Source of the DNA: Tubulanus polymorphus
Taxonomy: Eukaryota > Animalia > Nemertea
Assembly: GCF_964204645.1 (NCBI RefSeq)
Contig: NC_134035.1
Coordinates: forward strand, 1,798,001-1,862,000
DNA: 64,000 bases
Direction of reading: 5' to 3'
The notes under the pieces: model-generated
Told to the model about the DNA's origin: nothing
Seen by the model: only the letters and a program-made list of their open reading frames with translations
Database searches by the model: none
Shown here: piece after piece, positions 26,253 through 38,913 of the stretch
Position numbering within the stretch: position 1 is the first letter of the stretch
How the letters are laid out: each line of letters opens with the position of its first letter
Position numbers and translations under genes: made by a program

Positions 26253-27203
26253 TTATTTTAATGACTTACTACAACGGATTTTTGTACAGAAATATTCACG
26301 AATTTCTCGTCCCAATAAAAGATATATGTAGAAATTTACCACATAGTTACACGAATGGAACTGTGTGAAAATATCAAATAGAAAATCTTTCCGTTCCGTA
26401 GAGATTGGCAGGTATACAGTAACAGTGGTTGGAAGTGTAAATATTGCGAATGCGAGTGAAACTGTTACAAGCATTATTGTTGTACGTTTTGATTTTGTAG
26501 TTTTCTTATCAGATGAAACTATTTTTGAACCTCTGAATATCTGAAATATTATAACAGAATTCGATGTAACAATCAACGATAAAGGTATGATATAAGCGTG
26601 AATGGCAGCAATGAAAAAATACGTTAATTGATCAGATAATTCATAGTAACACCCGAAAGACTGGTTTGAAAAATGTATCGATAAGGTTGGTAAAAGATAC
26701 AGAATCAGTGCATTAACTCCGGTTATTATGAATACTGCAAATCTAGCGAATCTCGGTGTACATATCAAACGAGATGTGAACGGGAAGAGCACAACTGCCG
26801 CACGTTCTAGAGTTATAGCTACTATTAACCAGGAACTGTTCCAGGCTGCGAGTAGTATTACGAATTCGTAGATCTGACAACTGATCAGTGAATTCATCAC
26901 AAATATTGGATCAGTTTCTACATTCGAAAGAACAAACTGTATAACAGGCACCAGAGCAAAATTGATGCAGAACATAAAATCACTGACCGATAAAACGATC
27001 AAATAGTTAGCGTAAGATAAAACCCGAAATCTGCGACTTATCATTATGAGAAATGTAGCCGAATTGCCAAACGCTCCTAGCAGAAAAACGATAGGCAAAA
27101 GTACCAATGTCAGCTTACGATAGCTACCAGACCGGTTTACTATAGACATGATGACGATATAACTGTAATAAGTTCGACCAATCTGCATATGAGTTAAATT
27201 CAT
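26253..27203 (-). CDS. Class A GPCR copy 1 (FMRFamide/sex-peptide-receptor-like, putative chemoreceptor), 316 aa, uninterrupted ORF
   Basis: 7 hydrophobic segments; TM1 GAFGN, TM2 YLIVLSVSD, TM3 C..SSWLIVAITLER, ICL2 VLFPF, TM6 FAIFTLP, TM7 NYVVNFYIY. Confidence 0.92.
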   Translation of the reverse strand: MNLTHMQIGRTYYSYIVIMSIVNRSGSYRKLTLVLLPIVFLLGAFGNSATFLIMISRRFRVLSYANYLIVLSVSDFMFCINFALVPVIQFVLSNVETDPIFVMNSLISCQIYEFVILLAAWNSSWLIVAITLERAAVVLFPFTSRLICTPRFARFAVFIITGVNALILYLLPTLSIHFSNQSFGCYYELSDQLTYFFIAAIHAYIIPLSLIVTSNSVIIFQIFRGSKIVSSDKKTTKSKRTTIMLVTVSLAFAIFTLPTTVTVYLPISTERKDFLFDIFTQFHSCNYVVNFYIYLLLGREIREYFCTKIRCSKSLK

Positions 27204-27759
27204 GATTCACGAAACGAAGAACTCTTGCTGTGTGAGTGCGCATTCGGTCGCTGATTATCTGAAAATGAATCAGGAATGAAATAAATCCACGAAGATATTC
27301 ATAATGTCTCATTCATTTTTCATTTGTCATTCAATTATTGTTAATACGAAGAAATTTTCGTGATTAAAATCAATTTTCTTCACAATAGATCTAACATAAT
27401 TCACTCAGATTAATGAAAGTTTATTAATGTGCAAAAAATGAAATACGTACCTAGATTAAATATAATCTTCTAACACGGCAGATTATCGCGTTGGTGAAAT
27501 ATCTTCTATGGGTTCAAATTTATTCTAAATCAACTTACAACTGTAGAACTAAAACCGGTCGTTATCTACCACGTTAATGTATCCGTTCATGGAAATGTAA
27601 TTTCGAGAAAAGGATCAGAAATTGTTCACGAAAACATTTAAGTCTTGAAGTGGGCAGCCTGAATGAGGTTTCAACTCACTGGGGTTATATCGACCTCAAA
27701 TAAAACATGGAAATAGAGCGAATTTAGATCCATTAGCCTCACCTCGATACGTTCTTTCA

Positions 27760-28010
27760 AGGATCAGATCATGGCACACTTGGAAGGGAACAAACTGATC
27801 AACCAACATCAACCTTGATTAAAGATAAAATATGAAGGTGGACATTATTAACAGAGATTTTGCCAAAGCCTTTGATCGAGTAACTAACGATAAATTACCA
27901 AGGAAGTGTTCAGCTGTGCCATATCTGATGGAGTTTGTAAATTGGTCACAAATTCTATCAGATGTCAGAACAACGAGGGTGAACGGCCAGTAGTCAACAT
28001 GTAACTCCGT
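27760..28010 (+). mobile_element. Degenerate CR1/L2-type LINE RT fragment, co-duplicated with the GPCR units (also ~30095-30300, ~38415-38670)
   Basis: Translates to DQIMAHLEGNKLINQHQ and DIINRDFAKAFDRV (RT motif DFxKAFD) with stops and deletions. Confidence 0.65.
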
Positions 28011-28615
28011 TATAATCACGTAATAAAATTGAGCATTTCAATTAGCTGAACTAAGCTCGTTAAATCTATAAAACCTTCTTACAAGTATGTTAGTGATATC
28101 CTGTATGTTAGTCGACATTGTGAAATGAAGAGGAAAGCATTTTTCGTGTCGACAAGGGCCACTACTAACCCCAAAATCTTGAAAGCTCAAAAACGACCCA
28201 TAAAACCAGATTTTTTTTTAAATGTGCAACGAGTTAAGTATTGGAATATGACTTTGGATTGAAATAAATCCGTACAGATTCATTGTCGATAGCAAATGAA
28301 AATTAGTTCTCTTAAATTCAGCACAATTCACTCAGATTTGTGAAAGTATGTTCACGAGTAAAATATAAATCTTAACCGAATTGGATATAATTTGTCCGAG
28401 CATGAATCAATATCGATGTTTCAATATCTCTTGTGAGTTGAGTTTAACTGTGGATATTGATCTATAGGTCATAATCGAACACGGAACATGTAGAGGTGCT
28501 CAAATTGTGAGTACGAGATGTTTACTTAAGTTTTGAGGATATCAAAGTTACTAAACGAGTAAAATGTCTACAAATGTGTAACCGTAATATGCGTGAATCC
28601 AACTTGAAATCATGA

Positions 28616-29566
28616 TTATTTAAATGATTTTCTACAACGGATTTTTGTACAGAAATATTCACGAATTTCTCGTCCCAGTAAAAGATATATGTAGAAATTT
28701 ACCACATAGTTACACTGTTGAAATTGAGTGAAAATATCAAATAGAAAATCTTTCCGTTCCGTAGAGATTGGCAGATACACAGTAACAGTGGTTGGAAGTG
28801 TAAATATTGCAAATGCGAGTGAAACTGTTACCAGCATTATTGTTGTACGTTTTGATTTTGTCGTTTTCTGATCGGACGAAACTATTTGTGAACCTCTGAA
28901 TAACTGAAATATTATAACAGAATTCGATATAACAATCAACGTTAAAGGTATAATATAAGCGTGGATGACGACTGCGATGAAAATCTTTATTTGGTTAAAT
29001 AATTCGTAGTAACATCCTAGAAACCGATTGGAAAAATGCATCGAGAATGTCGGCAGAAAATTTAGAATCAGTACATTCACTCCGGTTATCACCAATATGG
29101 CAAATCTAGCGAATCTCGGTGTACATATCAAACGAGATGTGAACGGGAAGAGAACAACTGCCGCACGTTCTAGAGTTATAGCTACTATTAACCAGGAACT
29201 ATCAAAGCCCGCAAGTATTATTGCGTACTCGTAAATTTGACAACCGATCAGCGAATTCATCACAAATATAGGACCAGTTTCTACGTGCAACAGAACAAAC
29301 TGTAAAACAGGCATCAAAGATAAATTTATGCAGGAAACACAATCGCATGCTGATAAAACAATAAGATAGTTAGCGTAAGATAAACTTCTGAATCTGCGAC
29401 TTATCATTATAAGGAAAGTAGCCGAATTTCCGAAGGCTCCGAACAGAAACAATATAGGCAGAATGATCAATGTCAGCGTAAGGAAGCTTCCAGACCTGTT
29501 TGCCATAGACATGATGACGATATAACTGCTATAAGCTCGACCAATTTGCATCTGAGTTAGATTCAT
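28616..29566 (-). CDS. Class A GPCR copy 2, 316 aa
   Basis: Same motifs and length as copy 1; 2363-bp offset. Confidence 0.92.
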   Translation of the reverse strand: MNLTQMQIGRAYSSYIVIMSMANRSGSFLTLTLIILPILFLFGAFGNSATFLIMISRRFRSLSYANYLIVLSACDCVSCINLSLMPVLQFVLLHVETGPIFVMNSLIGCQIYEYAIILAGFDSSWLIVAITLERAAVVLFPFTSRLICTPRFARFAILVITGVNVLILNFLPTFSMHFSNRFLGCYYELFNQIKIFIAVVIHAYIIPLTLIVISNSVIIFQLFRGSQIVSSDQKTTKSKRTTIMLVTVSLAFAIFTLPTTVTVYLPISTERKDFLFDIFTQFQQCNYVVNFYIYLLLGREIREYFCTKIRCRKSFK

Positions 29567-31018
29567 AATTCACGGGTTGAATAACTGTCTACGAGCGAGC
29601 GTGAGAAAATGAATTTAGATGAAATAAATCGACAAAGATATACATAGTGTCTCATTCATGAAGGTATTCTTCATTTGTCATTCAATTATTGTAAATACGA
29701 TGAGAGCTTCGTCCACAGTTAACAGAGAATTGAAATTTTTCTACACTATAAATTTAGCATAATTCACTCAGATTGATGAAAGTTTATTTATGAGTGAAGT
29801 AGAAATAGTATAAATGTATTATATATACATTTTGTTGAACTCTTGGGTGAAATATCTGGCATTAAAACATAGTAAATGTATCCGTTTATAGAACTGAAAG
29901 TTTGTGAAAGGAATCAGAAATTGTTCCGAAAAACAGTTAAATCATGAAGTGGGCAGCCCGAATGAGGTTTTTAATCTTTCAGGTTTGTAATCTTTCAGGT
30001 TATATTGTCTCTAGATAAAAACATGGAAATGGAGCGAAAACGTGGATTTTAGACCAATTAGCCTCACCTCGATATGTTATGGAAATATTTTCCAGAGATC
30101 AGATCATGACACACTTGGAAGGGAGTTCAACCAGGCATCAACGTGATTTTGAGAAAGGTGAAAGATGAAAGTTAGATGTATGGACATTATTCACACAGAT
30201 ATTGACAAAGCCTTTGAACCCCTTCACCGTAAATGGGTCACAAATTTTCTATCAGGTGTCAGAACAACGATGTTAGAGAATGGTCTGTCATCTTCATGTC
30301 TAACTCCTATTTTATTTTATTTAAAAAAAAGATAGAATTGAGCATTGAAATGAGCCGAGTTTGAACTAAGTCTGGACTTAGCTCATTAAATTTATAAAAC
30401 GGTCTCACGAGTATGTTAGTGATGTCCTGCAGATCTTTATAGAAATTTTTGCCTCAATGGCCACTGTCATGCTAACCCCCAAAATCTTGGAGGCTAAGAA
30501 ATTACCCATAAAACCAGATTTTTGGTGTCACCCTGTTCTATGTGATGAAAGGTACAAGGTGAGATTGTGTCTGATCTAATTAACTAGCTACGGTTCAGTG
30601 AGTCAAATCGACGCCTGCCAAGAAAAAGGGTTTTAAAAGTTGAGTGCTGACATATACGGGGATTCAATTCTCGGCCTGTATTTTGTAAGATTGACAGCTA
30701 AAGTAAAAAACCCAATGATTTGTTGATTAAATCATAATTTTAGTTTCCGTGACTGTCCTTTACTATTCGGAGTAAAATCCCCACAATAATAGTAAAAATA
30801 AATGAACATTTGAACTTTCGACCCAATCTATGGGCCACTTTCGAAAAATCTATAAAACCTTCTCACAAATGGCCCAACGCTATTCAGTAACTCAGCTATT
30901 CATTGCGGGTTTTTGTTTTACTTATTTTCAATTGTCCGATTGTGACTCAGAGTTTCACAATAAACGTGTAGATTTCCTGACGGTCCGCTCCAGATCAACT
31001 ACAGATTGAAATCATAGG

Positions 31019-31967
31019 TTATTTGATTGAATTTCTGCAACGGATTTTCGTACAGAAATATTCACGAATTTCTCGACCCAGTAAAAGATATATGTAGAAA
31101 TTTACCACATAGTTACACTGTTGGAACTGTGTGAAAATATCAAATAGGAAATATTTCCGTTCCGTGGAGATTGGCAGATATACAGTAACAGTGGATGGAA
31201 GTGTAAATATTGCGAATGCGAGTGAAACTGTTACAAGCATTATTGTTGTACGTTGATTTTGTAGTTTTCTTATCAGTTGAAACTATTTTTGAACCTCTGA
31301 ATAACTGAATCATTATAACCGAATTCGACGTAACAATCAACGTTAAAGGTATGATATAAGCGTGGGTGACACCAATGAGAGAATTTGTTAAATGGTCTTG
31401 TAATTCAGAGTAACATCCGAAAGACTGGTCGGAAATATGTATGGATAAAGTAGGTAGTAGATATAGAATCAGCGCATTAACTCCGTTTATCGCAAATACT
31501 GCAAATCTAGCGAATCTCGGTGTACATATCAAACGAGATGTGAACGGGAAGAGAACAACTGCCGCACGTTCTAGAGATATAGCCACGATTAACCAGGAAC
31601 TATTCCAGGCTGCGAGTTGTACTGCATACTCATACAGTTGACAACTGATCAGCAAATTCATCACAAATATTGGACCGGTTTCTACGTGCAACAGAACAAA
31701 CTGTAAAACAGGCATCAAAGTTAAACTGATGCAAAACACAAAATCACTGACCGATAAAACGATCAGATAGTTAGCGTAAGATAAACTCCTGAATCTGCAA
31801 CTTATCATTATCAGGAAATTAGCCGAATTCCCGAATGCCCCTAACAGAAACAAGACTGGCAGGATGACCAATGACAGCGTACGGTAGATACCAGACCTGT
31901 TTGCCATAGACATGATGACGACATAACTGTGATAAGTTCGAGCAATTTGCATCTGAGATGAATTCAT
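31019..31967 (-). pseudogene. Class A GPCR copy 3, frameshifted in ICL3
   Basis: + strand CGTTGATTTT versus CGTTTTGATTTT in paralogs (2-nt deletion at ~31254); N-part in ORF 31140-31967, TM6-7 in ORF 31019-31240. Confidence 0.85.
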
Positions 31968-33030
31968 GATTCACGGGATAAAGAACCGTTTAGATGCGAG
32001 TGTTGGAACACGAATTTAGATGAAATAAATCCAAAAAGATATACAAAATGTCTTATTCATTAGACTAGTCTTTTCATTTGTCATTCAGTGTTGTTAACAC
32101 GGCGGAATTATCATCCACACTTAACAAAAAATCAATTTCCGCCAGTGTAAATTTACCACAATTCACTCAGAATGATGGAAGTTTATTAATGAGCGACATG
32201 TAAAATATGTAACTAAATTGAATATAACTTTTGAACGCGGCACAATATCTCTGGTGAAATATATCTACAATCGGTTCACTTATGAAGTTAACTTAAAACT
32301 GTAGAACTAGAACTTTCGGGTGAAATATCTGCTCATTTCTGTAGCTGTGGGGTCTGTTATTGTTAGCTTGATCATCATCTTTTTTCTAAGTAATGTACAG
32401 GGTAGGAACGGCTGGCCGGGTCAACTTGTGAGCTCAGCAAAAATGAGAAACGAGGAATGAATTTTTAGCCTTACAACACCGAACAAATAAATCAACACAA
32501 ACATTCACAGATCAAACTAAACCTATATTTATTTAATTCATTTTGATTAAGTACAGAATGAATAAATGTGTTTTATATGCAGCAAACTACATAATAATAC
32601 GTCATATGTTGTATAATAACTACGGTAGGTCAATCAGGGGTGGATCATTGGAAGGCCGGGGACCAGAACAAAAGAGGCATTTCTCGGAATAAGCTGCCAA
32701 GTCAAAGGCCTCTATTTGGGTTCTGTGTGGTTCCGCCCTTAGTGTTCAATATTTTTGAACAAATACATCCGAAAGGTTGCAGTTCCTGAGTGGATGAGTG
32801 TCAAATTAACACGTTTCAACGATCTCTGTCTTGACGAAAAAAGGCAACCTCAATGGGAAGACAGGGATCCGGACCCCGAGACCACTCCCTAAATCCGCCC
32901 GTGATTAATACATCGACAACTAGGTCCACTCTGAATGGATCTGAGTGCAAAAAATAAATTGATATTCTGGTGTCATATGATGAGCATTTTATGAACAAGC
33001 ATCTCATTCAGAGCCCAGGCGTGTTTGAAG

Positions 33031-35452
33031 TGTTGACGGTACTATGTTAGACGAATGAGCCTGGGTCACTGATTGACTTTGATTAGCCATTTCTGACTAT
33101 CAGCAGAGGATAAACAATAACGACGTATCTTCTATGAACACTACTGAATAACTAACTTTATTAATCAACTGTGCATGCATACATAAACTTTTAGTACAGT
33201 ACATATACTCTAGGTGTCGTACTAATCTAGTGTGCCTACGCAATAAGATCACATTCTAACACCCCCACTTGATCTTATCTATCTTCCATCTAAAACCTAA
33301 TAGTAATTATACTTATACATAATATATGTGAACATGAAGCACCTAAAAAAAACGTCTCATATGAGTAATGGCAATTTACAGAATTCACACAGTAAAACTA
33401 CTGGTACCGGATTTTGTGGTTTTTGTTGTCCACACAAAAAGTTTTAAGTTTCAACAAAACAGGATATACATAATATTCAAGAACATGTGTTTGCACTAAT
33501 TTACACATTATCATGAGTTATTCTCAGAAAATGTAGTAACCACAAAAATAACCGTTAATAAGTTTCATTTATACTTCACTACAACCTTATCTTAAATATA
33601 TATCAGCTGGTATGATCTGTAGTAAAAGACAAAGTTTACATTTCCTATTATTCATAAATTCCTAATAACCTTTTATTTCAGTGTGGCTGTAAAATGTCAC
33701 CCCCTACGAAATAACATACAAATTCTACAATTCGCAAATGGAGATAAAATACACACAATTTTACGCAGTATATAAAATAACACAAAGACATGCAAAATCT
33801 ACAATCTACTCGCCAAAAATAAATGGCTTAAATTTCTCCAATTTGTCACGTGTTGCTGGTTTCGTAAATATATCAGCAACCATGTCAGTAGTTTGGCAGT
33901 ACACGATTTCTATGAAACCTTTGTTTACTAAATCTCTAACATAATGGTAACGTACATCAATATGTTTCGATCTTTTATGAAACACAGGGTTTTTTTGACA
34001 GTGCGATAGTACCTTGATTGTCTTCCCTAATTATAGCAGAAGAATACACCTGTTGGGTGTCAACTGAATTCAATAGTTGGATGAGATATATACTCTCTTG
34101 AGTTGCTGCTGCTGCTAGTGCCATATACTCGCTTTCACAAGTGGAAAGCGCTACTGATTGTTGTTTTTTGCTATTCCATGATATCAATGGGCCTGTCTCT
34201 GAGAGACTGAAACAGTAACCTGTAATACTGATTCTATCATCAATATCCATGGCCCAATCGGAATCACTATAACCTATCAACTTGAGATTTTCTCGACTTT
34301 TCTTATAAGTCAGCACAAAGTCTAAACTATACCTTACATATCTAAGTACATGTTTAAGTGATGTCCAGTGCTCAACTGTAGGAGCTTTCAAGTACTGTGA
34401 TAATTTAGTAATCACAAAACATAGATCAGGTCTTGTGCAAGTCATTGCATAAATACGACTACCTATGACCTCACGATACTTAGTATTATTACAAGGTTCA
34501 CTGGAGTCATCAAAAACTAATTTCTGCTCACAGGGAGTTTTTCTAGGTTTGCAGTTTGACATCTCAAATTTCTCCAGGACGTTTGACAAATATTTTCTTT
34601 GGCTCATCGTAATGCTATCATCTGATTGATAAAATTCAATCGGCCTAAGAACCAAGACAATTTCCCTAAGTCTTTCATTTCAAACTTGTTTTTGAGAACA
34701 TTCTTTGTTTCTCTCATCAAAGACTCGTCATTACAAGCAAGTATGACGTCATCAACCCAAAATAACAGGAATACGATTTTACCATCAACATTCTTAGTGT
34801 AAATACAGTTGTCAACATCATTTTGTAAGAAACCATTTTCTAACAGATAACTATGAACCAAAGAGTTCCAATTGCGTCCAGACTGACGCAAACCATAGAG
34901 ACTCTTTCTTAATTTCCACACTAATTTTTCTCCAGTCTCGGATAACTGTTCATAACCTTCAGGTTGATCCATAGTCTTTTCGCCATTGTCCTCTCTATCC
35001 CGGATTACTAGCGATAAACTCTTGTCGTCTAGGTATTGTCTAATCTCGGCAAATGCCTATTCATTTTTATCATCGTTCACAACTTTTCCTTCAACGACGT
35101 CTTTCAAGTTTTGTAACTTGAGATAACCCATTATCTTAATCTCCCAGTGTTCAAAATTCTTTTCTTCTCCACTGAAACAAAGTCTTGCATATCGACCAGG
35201 CTCGCCCCTGGGCCCATAACCTGTTGACGGTACTATGTTAGACAAATGAGCCTGGGTCACTGATTGACTTTGATTAGCCATTTCTGACTATCAGCAGAGG
35301 ATAAACAATTACGACGTATCTTCTATGAACACTACTGAATAACTAACTTTATTAATCAACTGTGCATGCATACATAAAATTTTAGTACAGTACATATACT
35401 CTAGGTGTCGTACTAATCTAGTGTGCCTACGCAATAAGATCACATTCTAACA
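33031..35452 (-). mobile_element. Ty1/Copia LTR retrotransposon, internally deleted
   Basis: 231-bp TG..CA LTRs 33031-33261 and 35222-35452; PBS GGTTATGGGCCCAG; PPT AAGTGGGGG; TSD TGAAG/GGAAG; gag N-terminus, RT (MDQPEGY, LRKSLYGLRQSGRNW, WVDD) and RNase H (YSDSDWA, KHIDVRYH) with frameshifts. Confidence 0.95.
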
Positions 35453-36655
35453 GGAAGCAGTTTTCGATCGCGGCAGCCAATTGCCGATTTTTGACAGGTT
35501 CGAATATATTGCTGCGGCAGATTTACTTCGATATCATCAAAAGCACGGTATCCACAGGAAAAAAAATGTCTGTCAGTAAATTATTGCCACCGCTGCAACT
35601 TCCAACGCCACTGGAACTGATGCATACAGGTGCACAATTTCCTAATATAATACTGCTTGGTATTTTCAGTACCAACCGGTGGTAAAGCCACAAAAAAATT
35701 CAGATTCAAAAGTTCATACAAAAAAAATCAAAGAAATCGAAAAACATATGAATGCAAATAGATTTGAGAAAAGAGCATGCACAAAAAACCCAATGCTGCC
35801 TACCTCTGAAAACTGCTATCAGTAACATATGGAATTGTTTTTAGTAACATTTCATTGAAATATAAAAGAAAATGCTTAAATTAATCAGTAATCAACAGTA
35901 AGACCCTCAGTAACATCTTTCATATCTCTGTTCAAATTATGTCCCTTATACGTATAAAATAGTTAACCACTAAACATTAATATTCTCATAAGGCCGTAAA
36001 TATATATATATATATCTAAAAAAACACATACATACACACAAACATACACCATGCAGACGTTACAAAGCAAGAAAAGGGGGAAGGAATGAACAAAAGGAAA
36101 AAGGCGTGATCGCAGATCTAATAATTTGAAAGAATGTGAGTTTTGATACCTTTTAAGAATGAATTAGCAGTTCTTAAAAATTTGATTTTATTCGGCAATT
36201 CGTTTCAAAGTTTTGCCCCTTGGACTTTTATTGGCGTGCATCTTGATTTAGAAATTATAGCAAATTTCAAATTTAACTGACAGATCTTTTGGGCGACGTG
36301 TAGAATGTCTTAAATAACCCTTTCGGAATTGGACCGTTGAAATATACTTTTAATTTGGTTTCCGTGACTGTGTTATACTATTTGGAGTAAAAAAACCCGC
36401 AATAATAAAAGAAAAACTAAATGAACATTTGACGTTTCGACCCAATTTTATATCATGGGCCATTTTCGAAAACAGTTTTTGAAAATGACCCATATAGAAT
36501 GGGGTTGATTGAAACGTCAAATGCTCATTTGGTTATTCTTTCGTTGCGGTTTTTTCACTTCGAATGTTTTAAGTTGAGTCCAATTGATTTAGAGTTTCAC
36601 AATAAATGTGTAATTTATACTGACGGTCAGCGCAAATACATGCTGCGATATTTGG

Positions 36656-37606
36656 TTATTTGACTGAATTTTTGCAATGGATTTTCATACAGAAATAGTC
36701 ACGAATTTCTCGTCCCAGTAAAAGATATATGTAGAAATTTACCACATAGTTACACTGTTGGAACTGAGTGAAAACATCAAATAAAAAATCTTTCCGTTCC
36801 GTAGAGATTGGCAGATATACCGAAATAGTTGTTGGAAGTGTAAATATTGCAAATGCTAGTGAAACTGTTACAAGCATTATTGTTGTACGTTTTGATTTTG
36901 TAGTTTTCTTGTCAGACGAGACCATTTTTGAACCTCTGAATATCTGAAATATTATAACAGAATTCGATGTAACAATAAACGTTAAAGGTATGATATAAAG
37001 GTGAATGGCAGCAATGAAAAAATGCGTTAATTGGTCCGATAATTGATAGTAACATCCGAAAGACTGGTTTGAAAAATGCATCGACACAGTAGGTAGAAGA
37101 TAAAGAATCAGTATATTCACTGCAGTAATTATCAATGTAACAAATCTAGCGAATCTCGGTGTACATATCAGACGAGATGTGAACGGGAAGAGAACAACTG
37201 CCGCACGTTCTAGAGATATAGCCACGATTAACCAGGAACTGTTCAAGCCTGCGAGTATCATTACGAATTCGTAGATTTGACAACTGATCAGTGAATTCAT
37301 AACAAATATTGGACCAGTTTCTACATGCGAAAGAACAAACTGTATAACAGGCATCAACGATTGATTTATGCAGACCACTAAATCACTGACTGATAAAACG
37401 ATCAGATAGTTAGCGTAAGATAAACCCCGGAATCTGCGACTTATCATTATCAGGAAAGTAGCCGAATTGCCAAACGCTCCTAGCAGAAAAACTATAGGCA
37501 AAAGTACCAATGTCAGCGTACGATAGCTACCAGACCGGTTTACTATAGACATGATGACGATATAACTGTAATAAGTTCGACCAATTTGCATCCGAGATGA
37601 ATTCAT
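36656..37606 (-). CDS. Class A GPCR copy 4, 316 aa
   Basis: Same motifs and length as copies 1-2. Confidence 0.92.
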   Translation of the reverse strand: MNSSRMQIGRTYYSYIVIMSIVNRSGSYRTLTLVLLPIVFLLGAFGNSATFLIMISRRFRGLSYANYLIVLSVSDLVVCINQSLMPVIQFVLSHVETGPIFVMNSLISCQIYEFVMILAGLNSSWLIVAISLERAAVVLFPFTSRLICTPRFARFVTLIITAVNILILYLLPTVSMHFSNQSFGCYYQLSDQLTHFFIAAIHLYIIPLTFIVTSNSVIIFQIFRGSKMVSSDKKTTKSKRTTIMLVTVSLAFAIFTLPTTISVYLPISTERKDFLFDVFTQFQQCNYVVNFYIYLLLGREIRDYFCMKIHCKNSVK

Positions 37607-38828
37607 GATTCACGGGATCTTTCTGCGTGAGTGTACTCGGTCGCTGATTATCGAAAAAAGAATTTTGAATGAACTTCAATCCACAAAGATATTCATGATG
37701 TCTCATCCATGGAGCTATTTTTCATTTGTCGTTCAATTATTTTCGTCCACGGTTAACAGTGAATTAAAATCAATTTCCTACACTATAAATCTAACATAAT
37801 TCACTCGGATTTATGAAAGTTTATCAATGTGTATAAAGTATGAAATATGTACAACTAAATTAAATATAATCTTCTAACACGGCAGATTATCGCGCTGGTG
37901 AAATATCTTCTATGGGTTCAACTTTATTCTAAATCAACTTACAACTGTAGAACTAGAACCGATCGTTATCAACCACGTTAAAGTATCCGTTCGTGGAAAT
38001 GAAATTTTGAGAAACGGATCAGAAATTGTTCAAGAAAACATTTACGTCTTGAAGCGGGCAGCCAGAATGAGGTTTGAACTCACTCGAATTATCGACTTCA
38101 GATTTAAACATGGATATAAAGCGAATTTAGACCTATAAGCCCATGGACGTATAAACTAGATCTAGTTTATACGTCCATTGTTGTCAAGAGGCAACTTTCC
38201 AGCCACCACCACGCGCAAATAGACTGAGCTTGCTATCCTGAAGCCAAAAAGGAGGCAGCTTTCCAGCTATCGCGGCAATGAGACTGAGTTAACAGTCAAA
38301 ACATCAGTAACAGTGAACTACTGTAATGCGTATGTGGTGAAATAAAGCAAAAGTGTCAGACAGTTCTATGCGTATTGATAGACCGTCAGCCTCACCTCGA
38401 TAAGTTCTTTCCGAAATCAGATCATGACGCACTTGGAACTGACCAACCAGCATCAACCTTGATTTCGTAAAAGATAAAATAGAAGGTGGGCATTATTAAC
38501 AGGGGATTAACCAAAGCCTTTGACCGAGTAGCTCACCAACGATTAATCATTTAGGAAAGTGTTCAGCTGTGGCATATCCGATGAAGTTTGTACATTGGTC
38601 ACAAAATTTTCTATAAGGTGTCAGAACAACGTGGGAGTAAGGCCAGTATAATCAGCAATTCTTTACATGTAACTCCTTTATAATTTCTTGATAAAATTGA
38701 GCATTCAAATGAGCCGAGTTTGAACTAAAGCTCGTTAGATCTATAAGATCTTCACACAAGTATGTTATTGATGTCCTGCAGATGTTTGTAGATATTGTCG
38801 AGTGAAAAGGAAAGCATTTTTCGTGTCA

Positions 38829-38913
38829 AGTTGTTCTCTTCCCGTTCACATCTCGTTTGATATGTACACCTAGATTCGCTAGATTTGCAGTATTGGTAAT
38901 AACATGAATTCAT
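38829..38913. pseudogene. Collapsed GPCR locus: first 10 nt of CDS (minus, 38904-38913) fused to a 75-bp inverted CDS fragment (plus, 38829-38903)
   Basis: Plus strand reads VVLFPFTSRLICTPRFARFAVLVI; 38904 onward is nearly identical to 31958 onward (copy 3 start and upstream region). Confidence 0.9.
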
